64,000 bases of DNA from Gnetum montanum. Taxonomy: Eukaryota > Plantae > Gnetophyta. The notes beneath the pieces are model-generated. The model saw only the letters and a list, made by a program, of their open reading frames with translations, was not told the origin of the DNA and ran no database searches. The first letter of the stretch is position 1. Every line of letters begins with the position of its first letter. The DNA is taken from positions 1 through 64,000 of the forward strand of contig MNCI01001903.1 of the NCBI GenBank assembly GCA_015680685.1. The letters run 5' to 3'. A program made the translations under genes and the position numbers. Of the stretch, positions 12,540 through 23,225 are shown in pieces.

Positions 12540-13606
12540 ATAAAAATAGAATATATATATAACTAAATGTGCATAATATAGAATAAAATATGCATAATTG
12601 AATGTATATAAACAATAAAATATGTATAGCCAAACACTTGTAAATGTATGATACTTGATAGAAGGAAAAACTTCACGGCATAATTAAATTTTAGCATTTA
12701 ATTATAAAATATATAAAAGATATATGATTGAGCTCCAACAATAGTAAAAGCAAAGATACAAAAATTTAACGAAATACTCTAGAAAGCATATTGTATTTAC
12801 TTATGTAATAACAAAAATAATAGTAATAACATTAGAATTAACCAGCTCAAATGCATCTGATAGAATTAAATAAGTAAACCTATGCAAATTTTAGGTTGTG
12901 ACATTGTTAGCACTAAGAGGCTAGGTACCCCACCCCACTCCGATTGTGTTTTAAAAGCAAACATTGATATATCCTCCAAGATATTTGAAGATGACATTTA
13001 AAGGAGAAATGGTAACATGACGTAGGGCTCCACATTTTTAAATGCCCACAAAATACCATTCACATAGAAAATCTTAAAATCTTAACTAATGAATTTCATA
13101 GTGATTTAAAAAAAAAAACAATTACATACCTACCTAAAAATCCTCTAACTATAAACTTTAGCGCCTTTTAATTTAACTTTAACAAGCTCACGCTTATAAT
13201 ATATTACAAAATTACTGTGAAATGTATCACCATAACATAACTATTTAAAACTCAATAATCCTAACAGTCTACATTAAAACATACTATGGAAATAGCTAAA
13301 ACTGAAATCTCTGCAAACTAATACAAATCATTGCTTTAACTTATTTTATTTTTCATGTATTAAAAAGATTTTGCTGCAATATTCTAAACTGTAAAGAAAG
13401 CAGCTTACAAAGGATTTTACAGTCATTTATATTTATATAGATTTTCGATATGACGTGTTCAGAGTAATTAGGTCTAGAGATTGGCTCCCAGCTTACAATG
13501 ATTTATTTAAACCAACTATTTAGGGTACATTATCCATGTTACTTCATCGTTGGATTATCCCTTTAATTTCTTTATTCCTGAAAGCATTGGTCCAGTATTG
13601 TTTCGT

Positions 13607-13645
13607 TCAGCCAATTGTTTGCTGGGTCGAATCAGAACACCTTAG
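13607..13645 (-). CDS. MADS gene exon 7 (very short C domain and stop)
   Basis: Pyrimidine tract and TTACAG acceptor; TGA after 12 codons. Confidence 0.7.
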   Translation of the reverse strand, partial: LRCSDSTQQTIG

Positions 13646-16600
13646 CTGTAACGACATGAATCAGAAAAGAAAATAATGTTTAAGAATTTTTTCAAAATTT
13701 TTCTCCTGGAAAACATTCGAATACTTACTTGGGCTTTTAGGATTTTGTTTTCAAGCTTTTTATTGCGTACCTACAGTCAGTTACAAAATGCACCTGTTAC
13801 TTTTTTTGGTGTACAGAAAGAAACTGGCAAAGAGAATCTAGAGCTACTTCTGTTAACTACAAGCGTTTGCATACGATCACCAAAGTATTCACCTCGTTTG
13901 CCAATACATGGATTTCCTCATATAACAGTTTGATCTGCAAGCAAAACCTCATTATTAAACCCTAAACAGTTACACCAGTTCTAGGAAAAAACCATATTAA
14001 CAGCAGAATCCTCAAACCTTGCGATTGAAAACCCTTCGTTTTGCACTTTGGAGGTTTTTTTCAAGTCGGTCTAGAGACGTGGGAGATAACGAATCCAGAT
14101 CCTCCCCCATAATATTTCTGTAACAAAACATCAGACGTGATATAAAGTATTCTCGCTAACATCATCAAAATAGAACAAATAAAATTTTTCTTGCCTACTT
14201 TTTTGTTTGTTCAAGTAACTTGATCCTGGCAAGTAAATTTTCAGCTTGATACTTGTCATCCGTACCGATCTGTCAGTTAAATGCGTGCCCGGCATCATTA
14301 AGCAAAATTCCAAATTGAATGCATTTAGTAAATACAGTCTTAAAACTTTAAGAGTACATGGGCATAAATTTTTGTTAAAGGTAATGTAGAGTATTGAAAT
14401 AAAATAAAATAAGATTCCAAATACCTACATGTCTAGCTCTCCTTCTATAATAATCTTTACAGTTTTTTGAATTTTAGTTCATTTTCAAAGGTTCATTTTC
14501 AAAGGCCCTATAGTTAGAAGGGAGTAAGGGGATTCTTAAATCTCAAACTAATGTCCGATAAGATTTAGCTATATTTACTTGATGCAAGAGTTAAACTATG
14601 AGTTTATTTACAAAGTCCTACTTTTACAAGGTTCCTTCCTTTAGATTTTTTTTTTAAATCAAAATGCTTGCATTATTTTTTATTTGATATTATTTAATAT
14701 ACATATTATATAACATTTTTTTAGAGGAGAGGTATTGGAATCCAAAATATAACTCTAGATACGCCTCAAAAAATATAGCTAACATGATGTGTTAGAAGAA
14801 TTATGGAGGAATATCAAACATAAAATATTGGTATTTTTCCAATACAAATTATTTTTTATATTTGTATTTACTAATTGTATGTTTAACTTCTAGTACCTCC
14901 TATCTTATGAAGTATATGTATGATGAATTAAGAAAGAAATATTTGGTATACAATGCCACTCAATTATATTTAATTTCCGAAGTAACCTTGACCCTATTTT
15001 GCATGACTTCTCTAACATTTGAAGATAATTATAATTTCATATTGATTAATAAATTTTTTTATCTAAAATAATCTATTTTTTTATTAATCTTGATCTAAAA
15101 GAAAAAACTCAAATTGAAAATTTATTATATCCAGAAACTTCAAGTCATATCTAACATTCAAAAATAACTTAAAATACTTATAAGTTGCTACTAAGAATGA
15201 GAAATATATATCCTTGGCTCACAGGGATAGTTTAAAGGTGGCAAGAAGTTAATTAGGTATCTACTATACCTTACCATGCTCGAAATAAAGGTTATATTAA
15301 AGCCTAGTTAGAGTTATCAAACACATTCTAACAAATAAATATGATTTAACTTTTATTGATTGCTACAAATAAGATAGATATAATGAAGAGTGTAAGGATA
15401 CCTATAAAAAAATTGTAATGAGAATACCTAAAATGTCTTAACCAAAGCTAATTATAGTTTCATACCACTAAAGTTATAGAGACTAATTCATAGTAAAGAA
15501 TACATGAACCTAAAGAAGAAACAAGGTAGCAATTACAATAATAGAAACAAAACCTATTATAGTTGACAATTCTTACAAATAAATGAAATACTTATGCAAC
15601 TTATTTGATGAAGAAAAAGATATTATATCAAAATTTATTTTTACAAGAGATACAAACTAGAGTATTGTAATTGCATCTACTTTGACTCAAATAACTTTAT
15701 ATAGTATTATGGATAGTTTCAAAAGTTTGGTATTAGAAAAAGAATCAAATTTTAAAAATATTATTCAAAGTTAATTAATAATGATAATTCACTAATTTAG
15801 ACATGAAAAATGTTGAATAAGAATTTGGAAAATCAATCTAATAAAGTAGTAATGTTGTATAAAAAGAGTAACAAAAAAAGACATGGATAATTTAACAAAC
15901 TTAGCATCTACACCATCTTTGTTAACCTTTAAGATATATATTTTCTTGTACATGTACTAGAATGTTGGGTATGAGCTTAAAATTTATTAAAATCTTATTA
16001 GGAATTAAAAATAATTCAATGTCTTTTTTTTTTGGGTATATTATATCATGAATAGAGTATTCCTAATTTGCAGCTCCACATATGGGATTTACAATTTTTT
16101 ATTTTTTACTATAAAATATACAAATTGAGTTCTGAATCTAATAATCAGAAAGTTGAGTTTTTGTACATAAATTATTTTAATGGCAACAATAATTTAAAGT
16201 TGTGGATAATTGAAGTATAGGGCTTACTCATTTAATAAGGATTGTAGAAGATACAAGTAGAAAAGACAATGTAATCTAAGAAATGCAGTTTTTGTTAGAT
16301 ACGCAAATGGCATTAAAGGGTACATTCTTTGGGACGTGTTAGCATAAAAATATTCATTCAAAAAGAAGTTATTTTAATGAATCCTTTCTTCTTTAAAAAA
16401 AGAATCAAAATGAACCTAAAGAAAACTTATCGCAATAAGATGTTTTAATAGAAATGGAGATTTGAGAAAATGAATGTAAAAAGAAACATACAAAAGAAGT
16501 TCAAAATATAGGTGAATTACCTTTGGAGATAAACAACCTTGAAATTTCAATGCAAAGTTCACAAACTCATGTAGAACTTAGAAGACCTTTAAAAACAAAT

Positions 16601-18033
16601 AAGGGTATTCCTACAACTGGCTATGATAATGAGTATGGATGTGTTTCAATAATTGTTGATAGATATAAGGTGATGTCTTATTAAGAAGCATTGTTGATAT
16701 ATAAGGTGGGTATTATTATGTATAACCTTAAATTTGATTAAATTTCTATTGGAAATTTAAAAGCGTAGTCATTTTATTTTCATCTTACCCATGTTTAATA
16801 GTCTCAATATGTAGCTCTATATATTAGATATTTTTGCTATGTTAACATGTATAGATTGGGTTTTTGATCTAACAATAAGAAAGTTGAATCTTAATATAGG
16901 TTCATTAATTGATATTTCTTTTATTTTGTGTGCATTCTAAATTTTTTTGTTCTCAATAGCTACATCTTAGAAAATTATTGGTGAAGATTTTAACATCATA
17001 GAATTCAGATTTTCTAAATAAAAAAGTATTAACAGTATAGAATTACCTAGGATAAATAAGAAAAGTCAAATGAAACTTTTAAGACTCAGATTTCTTGGCA
17101 ATGTTTTTAGGTAAGCATGAAACTTTAGCACTTAGATTAAAATGTATGTGGTTATGCTATATTTATTAAAATGCAAATTGAATCTTTGGTGACTAACAAA
17201 AATGACCAGGAAGTTTAATCACAAAAGTACCGTATAATAGCTATAGCATGAATATTCTCAAGCAAACAAAAGAACATTCGTACCTTTTCTGTATCAATAT
17301 CCATTCCATAACGATAACAGAATTTGTATTTTGCCAATATTGTATTCATCCTATACAAAGAACATGTTTTATTATATTTATAAAATTAAAAAAACTTAAA
17401 CGTTAAATAAATGACAAGAAATTCAACGGAACAACTCAAAATTCTAATTGGCATGACGGTAAAAAGGCAATGGGATGTGCATGGTGAACCAATAAACTCC
17501 AACGGTGTTTTGCTATTCCACGATCAGCTTTTTAGCAAAGCTAACTGCAACAAATGCAAGAGCCCCGTTTTTCCAAAAAAGAAAAAAAAGATCATTTTTC
17601 TGCAAACAATTTAAAAAAAAAAACAAAAACAAAAAAACCCTAACGAATTCAGAGATGCAAGAAACTTTACAACCCTATCATGTCTTCAAAAATTTTCTGG
17701 TTAAAGGGAAAGCCAAGCAGAGGTCAAAAATAGGCGAATCTGCTACTCAAGGAGCAATAACCTGCTTGAAAGAAATCAGTGAAAGCAGCAGCGAATCACA
17801 TATTAAATAAAGGAAAGCAAAGATCGGAAAACAGAGCATTGACGCACTCACATTGGATTGGAGAATTGGTAGAACTTTCTGGAGTCGGAGTAAAGAAGCA
17901 CTGCAACTTCGGCATCACACAGAACATTGAGCTCGAATGCTTTCTTGAGGAGATTGTTTTTGCGTTTACGGAATGTAACATTCCTTCGAGACCTGTTTTC
18001 AATTTTGCTGAGCTGCAACCGCGTTTTTGGCAT
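13607..18033 (-). CDS. MIKCc-type (type II) MADS-box transcription factor, 7 coding exons, 180 aa: join(18033-17852,17350-17284,14269-14199,14117-14018,13934-13893,13770-13729,13645-13607)
   Basis: All introns GT-AG; exon sizes 182/67/71/100/42/42/39 with canonical MIKCc phases; open frame MPKTRLQ...FSNPM-MNTILAKY...-IGTDDKY...EQTKK-NIMGEDLDSLSPTSLDRLEKNLQSAKRRVFNRK-IKLLYEEIHVLANE-VRNKKLENKILKAQ-LRCSDSTQQTIG*. Confidence 0.93.
13729..13770 (-). CDS. MADS gene exon 6 (42 nt)
   Basis: TGTAG / GTAAGT splice sites; EN..L motif; canonical 42 nt. Confidence 0.92.
13893..13934 (-). CDS. MADS gene exon 5 (42 nt)
   Basis: TGCAG / GTGAAT splice sites; canonical 42 nt. Confidence 0.92.
14018..14117 (-). 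CDS. MADS gene exon 4 (100-nt K-box exon)
   Basis: MGEDLDSL...LE..L......RK; canonical 100 nt. Confidence 0.95.
14199..14269 (-). CDS. MADS gene exon 3 (K1)
   Basis: CAG acceptor, GTAGGC donor, phase 0 to 2; YQAENLLARIKLLEQTK. Confidence 0.85.
15400..16650 (+). mobile_element. Highly decayed Ty1/copia fragment in MADS intron 2, antisense to the gene
   Basis: gag-start-like LTKANYSF (~15438); integrase C-terminal motif AVFVRYANGIKGYILWD (~16285-16335); boundaries approximate. Confidence 0.6.
17284..17350 (-). CDS. MADS gene exon 2 (I domain)
   Basis: TAG acceptor, AAG/GTACGA donor; MNTILAKY matches the MxxILERY helix. Confidence 0.88.
17852..18033 (-). CDS. MADS gene exon 1 (MADS domain)
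   Basis: IEN..RNVTF.KR...LLKKAFEL.VLCDAEVA; phase-2 donor GTGAGT at 17851. Confidence 0.96.
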
Positions 18034-18635
18034 GTTGGTGAAGGGTAAAGAAAGAGCTTGACAGTACTAGTAGTAGTAGACGAAGAGGACGGAAACAAAG
18101 GAAGGCAGCAATATAAGTCCGGAACCCAAGAGCACTTATGGTATGTTTGATGATCTTAAAAGTGGCCAAAGACAAAGCGACAGCACAGAATCGTACAAAG
18201 AGAGAATGAACGGAGGAAAATGCAGTATCAGGCCAGGGAAGGGCCCCTCTGCGCTTCCTATTTGCAAGGCCTGTGAATGTTGTGACTGGCTCTGGGTGGC
18301 TGTGCCAATAGAAGTGTTTAGAAATTTCGAGAGCCAATTTCTACGATTCTCTTGGACTGTACTTATATTATAATTATTTCAGGATTCTAACACCCCAACC
18401 CCTAACATGCACAACCACAAACCACATACAAATCACCAGTAAAAAAGCTTTCATATATCATGGAGATCTAGTGGCTAATGAAAACCTATCTCTTTTGAAA
18501 GGCGGTAGCCATCACATCAAAGCTTTATATAGTAAAATTGTAATATGCCTTTTGAAGTTAAAAAAAAGTAATTTAAATAAAGAATTTTATGTAATCTAGT
18601 GTCCACTAATTATTTAGTTTGACTTTGATTTTAAC

Positions 18636-18815
18636 CATGAAGTGTTACCCTAGTGGTATGGATCTTGGCCTAGCAACCCTAGGTCATAGATTCAATTCTA
18701 CTAAGTAGCATTAAGTTGTAAACTTCTATAAATCTTAGGGTGTACCTATGTTTCACTTATTTTAAGTCCCCGCTACACGATATATTTTATCTTTACCTAT
18801 ACAAACAACATAAAA
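18636..18815 (+). mobile_element. Possible degenerate tRNA-derived SINE upstream of the MADS gene
   Basis: A-box-like TACCCTAGTGG (18646) and B-box-like AGATTCAATTC (18688) at tRNA spacing; weak A-rich tail ~18800. Confidence 0.4.
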
Positions 18816-19149
18816 CTTTGTAGTTATCAATTAATAATATCATTTCAAGACAAAGCTTAATAAAGTATCGTTCAATACAATGAGCTTCTTCTTCCAAAGT
18901 AAAATTTATCATAGCTTTTTAAATGCTTATTAAACTACATAGGTTGGTTCAATATTGAATTGGCCTACTATCAATTTTTTTTGTAAACGACCAATTACAA
19001 AACCTCAATCTTAAAACCAAGAATTAGAATAATTAAAAGAATTTTAAAAATATACTTAAGCTTTTATGAATATTTTTTCATATCCTATCTAATAAGTATA
19101 TGCACTTTGTAAAATAATTTTGATAACAGTATAGTTGTCAAATTTAGGC

Positions 19150-19410
19150 CTATGAAAACTTGTGCAACATGCTAAAACTAGGACTTGAAGTTAAACCAAA
19201 CAAACTCTACAAAAATCTCATTAAAATTTTGAAAATAATCATTACAAACTTTGTGAAAATTGAGTATGATAAAAACATTGTGGTGGAATTTTTGTTGAAT
19301 TCAAATTCATGCAAAACTAAGAATTAATGTCAAACCTAGCAAACTTTATAAAAACTCATTATAATTTTGAAAATAATGATTGTGATCATTATAAAAACTA
19401 TATGTATTTT
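19150..19410 (+). repeat. Diverged ~140 bp direct duplication
   Basis: AAAACTA.GA...CAAACT.TA.AAA..CTCATTA.AATTTTGAAAATAAT at ~19174 and ~19313. Confidence 0.65.
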
Positions 19411-20254
19411 TCATTTATTAAACTATGAGTCAAAGTCTACCATACTCATTTTGTTTGTGCAAACTTGGACTCCCCAATAACTCACCTAAAAATCTCAAAT
19501 TTAGCAACAATGGATAAAAGAAAAGAAAAGCATGAAGAAAATGTTTAAAACCTAACTATATATATTTCTTACTAAGCTTGTACAGAATCTCTATAGATTT
19601 TCTAATAACAAGATTAGGTGCAATCATGCAAAAACATACCCCTTCTACTAATGAATTGCTCTCTTCACATAGCAAGTTGATTTGCAAACTAAATCTAGTT
19701 ACTAGCATTATTATAAGGTAATTATATTGTTGATCAAGTATACTAATTGCAAAGTACTCTAACTTTCATTTTACAACTTGTAGGGTTTTTTAAAAGTCAT
19801 TCTAGAGATCCTATTTTGTTGAGACAAAGCTAGAACAATGATGATGATTTTAGAGACCTAGTGTAAGGTGTATTAATTATTTTAAGAATAAAACATCTTC
19901 TTCTGTAAAAACTACCATGCAAGCAAATTATTCTTAGTACTTTGGCTAAAAATAATAAAGCTAAACATGTAATATGGCCAAAAGAGTATGTAACAATAAA
20001 TACTTAATTTGGCCATAATTAATTATGGATTGTAACTCCATAAGTTGACTTTTATCTAAGCATGGCATTATGTCCACAATATAAGTGCATGCTTAAATGG
20101 TCTTAGATATCACTAATCAAAGGTGTAGGTGAAGCTAATTCAAGTTGTAGTCTCTTCCTTTTTTGTAAGCTTGTTGTAAGAGCTTGTTTTCTTTTTTTAC
20201 ATTTCTCATACTTTAATGATGCATTAGGAATTAACACCTATTAGGTAAAAAAAA

Positions 20255-21345
20255 TGTTAGTGTTGGAAATAATGTAAATAACATGGACTCTGTAATGTAT
20301 TTTTCATAAGTTTCTTTTACCTCAAGTCAATTTGTATGGTCATTTCTATATTTCTAATGTCTTTCTAGTCATAGTCTTTTAATTGTTAATGTTTTAACAT
20401 GAGGGTAAGATCAATGATTATGTACCATATATGAAAAGTTTTCAAAAATATAAAAGATACCATGTCTAATGCCATAAATGGCATAACTGATCATTGAAAG
20501 CTATAAATAAAGATGTCCTCATATTCATGTGATGGTGGTTTTATTTTTTTCATTTTCTAGCATCAAGTTGTAGAAGGCATTGTATTCAAGATCTTGTAAT
20601 TTAAATAAAAATTTTCAATAATTTCTTAAACTTTTCTCAAAATCTCTTCACATTTTCACAAATTTCTCTCTTATCTTCTTAAAATATCATTCCATTTCAT
20701 ATTTTTTATTCATTATCTCATCCTTGCATTTGATTCACATTTATTTACATTCTAATTTCATATCAATATAGCATATATCTTACACATTTTGATCAAATCT
20801 ATCAGATCATGTACATTTTAGAAGATTTACATCATTGTGTGTTTAGATTTAAGGGAAATTCAAGATTTCATATTAAATTTATGTTATCTTCAAATCCTAG
20901 GTTCACAATTTCATCAAAGTTCTAATTTTTTTGTCTAAGAGTTAATCCTTCTCACTCAAAGAAGGCCATAGTTATGCTCTTTGTTTTCCAATAAATAGAT
21001 TGACTTCATATTTGAGGTCATATGACATTAATCTTTATTAAATAGTACATTGAAATAATCAAATTTTTCACCTATCCACAACTTCCACTAACAAGAAAAC
21101 TATGTGGATACAATTGAATTTGATTTTGGTGCCATTAGTATCACCATTCATCAATCAAAATTATGTGCAATAAGGTTTATTAAAAACCATAAAGTAGTAA
21201 TTATCACCTCTAGCAGTTTCTATCAACAAGGAGTTAAAAAGCTATAATTGTATGTTTCTTACTAGTGATATTGAGTGAGAACCTTGCATTTTCAAATTTA
21301 AAAAATTACAAATTTTCTGAGCTTTTGCTTTTGTTGTGTATATGA
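20255..21345 (+). repeat. Copia 5' LTR
   Basis: Block homology to 32973-34703; followed by the PBS. Confidence 0.75.
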
Positions 21346-21394
21346 CTATGGTATTAAAGCTTAAAAGTTAAAATGACCTTAAGAAACCCTAAGA

Positions 21395-21910
21395 ACATCA
21401 ATTTCAAGCCTTTTATCTTAAGTTTTAGGCCTTTTTCATTATTAAAGGTAAATTGAACCCATTCAAATGCTAAGATACCTTAAGCTCATTTCTCAAACAT
21501 ATTTTCCTCATTTTAAATTTTTTTCAAGTCAAAATTCATAAACCTTAGTCAACATGAGCAAAAATATTCGAGAGTGTATCATTACCTTCAATGGAAATCA
21601 ACATTTTACATATTGAATACAGTTTATAAAAACTCTCCTTAAAATCACTAGAGCACATCAAATTCAAGTGTTTTATCTCAACCTTTAAGCCTTTTCATTA
21701 TCAAAGATCAATTGAACATTATTCAAATTCAGAGATATCAAGCTCATTAATTTAAAATTGTTAAACTCATTTCAAATCTTTCTCAAGTCGAAAGTCATAT
21801 ACTTTAGCCAAAATGAGCAAAGATATCTTATAGTGTTCCATTATCTTTAATGGAAATCAAGACTTTACATATTGGACAAAAGCTATAAAGACTCTCTTTG
21901 AAATCAAAGC
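21395..21910 (+). repeat. ~260 bp tandem duplication covering the copia leader and gag start
   Basis: Units start ACATCAA.TTCAAG at ~21395 and ~21656; both encode gag N-terminal FNGNQ.FTY(W). Confidence 0.8.
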
Positions 21911-22165
21911 ATGTTGGAAGGTCATAAGCCAAGGATACTAAAAGTATCAAAACATAAGCACCTTAAATAGAGATACACAAAAGAATTGAAGAAAAAAAAA
22001 AGAGGATCATGCTTTAGTAAGGATGGTTAAATGTACTTCAATTTTAAATTCAATAAGTTCAAGAATCATTAATAATTCTAAAGTCAATGAAGCATCAAAT
22101 CTACTTAAACAAAAGTACAAAAAAAAAAACAATTTAAAACATGCAAATCAAAATAAGATATAGAT

Positions 22166-23078
22166 TGATAAATCCATTTTTCCCAACCATGATATCATAT
22201 CTATGACATCGCATCAACAATATTATAGCTCTGATATCGTAGCCCATCTTATGTCATTGTTGATATGATGTATTGGAAACTATGAAGTCCTATAAATATT
22301 GACATTTGGTCACATCAGTGACAAAACTTTATTCCTTCCCCTAGTGAAACTCTTGCAATTTTTTTTCTTAGTTACACTTAATGATAGAGTTCATGCCTGT
22401 AGTGTGGTGTTAAATAATTGTATGACATCTTTATTCGAGTAGACTATACTTGGGCATGGTTCATGAACAGAAATTAAAATCGAGATTATTTTCCATCATT
22501 AGAACATCCACCTAGTTCTTTTATTTTACTTAGCTAATTTCTTACTTAGTTTAATTTCCATGTTTACTTTAGCTTAGTTCTTTACATTTTTAAAGTACGT
22601 TATTTTTCATGCTCATTAGTAAGGTGAAATGAGTACGACTAGTTTTGAGCATTAAGTGTAATTGTTTGATAACCTAATAGTAGTTTCACTTGATTCACTT
22701 AGTAATAAACTCTCTTGGTAATCCCAGTAATGGTTACATGAGTCCAAGACATGTATGGTAAACTAGCAATGGATGCTCATCACCATAGGATAGAGTAGAA
22801 TTACATTTTTGTTATTACTTAGACTTAGAGTTTATCTTCACTTTTACTATGGAAGTGATTAGGAGTAAATTGAGCCAATAACATCAACATATCATATGCT
22901 TGACTTAGAGTTAAACCATACACTTGCACTTCACTAACTCGAAGTGGAAAGATAATGATCACAAACCTACTATCAACTCCTAGCATACTTACGTTGTCCA
23001 TCCATGAATTACGATTTGGTCCTATACATGCACTCATGACTTGTATGGTGGAGTGTTGGGATACCCTACCACTCATCA
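22166..23078 (+). repeat. A3 5' LTR
   Basis: TGATA...CATCA, 913 bp, collinear with the 3' LTR. Confidence 0.93.
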
Positions 23079-23225
23079 TTGGTGTCGTTGCCAAGGATGT
23101 ATCTATGTTTGCTTAGTAGTTGATCTTATAGAGTTCATTATATCAAAAATCACAAAGTTTATCCTTTATATTTTTAATCGATTTTAATAACACACACACA
23201 TACCTAAAGCATGAAAGATACAACA

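Noticed and set aside
17670-17761. Extra I-region exons in intron 1 (MIKC*-like structure)
   Set aside because: Candidate acceptors at 17762 and 17697 give in-frame stops; exon 17350-17284 alone joins the frame
17848-18033. Single-exon 61-aa type I MADS gene as listed in the ORF track
   Set aside because: The 'stop' lies within the GTGAGT donor; I and K exons are present downstream
18636-18715. Functional tRNA gene
   Set aside because: Boxes are degenerate and I could not build a convincing cloverleaf
18034-20254. CArG boxes or a defined TATA box for the MADS gene
   Set aside because: No perfect CC(A/T)6GG noticed by eye (not an exhaustive scan); the TATA-like tract at ~18365 cannot be told apart from AT-rich background
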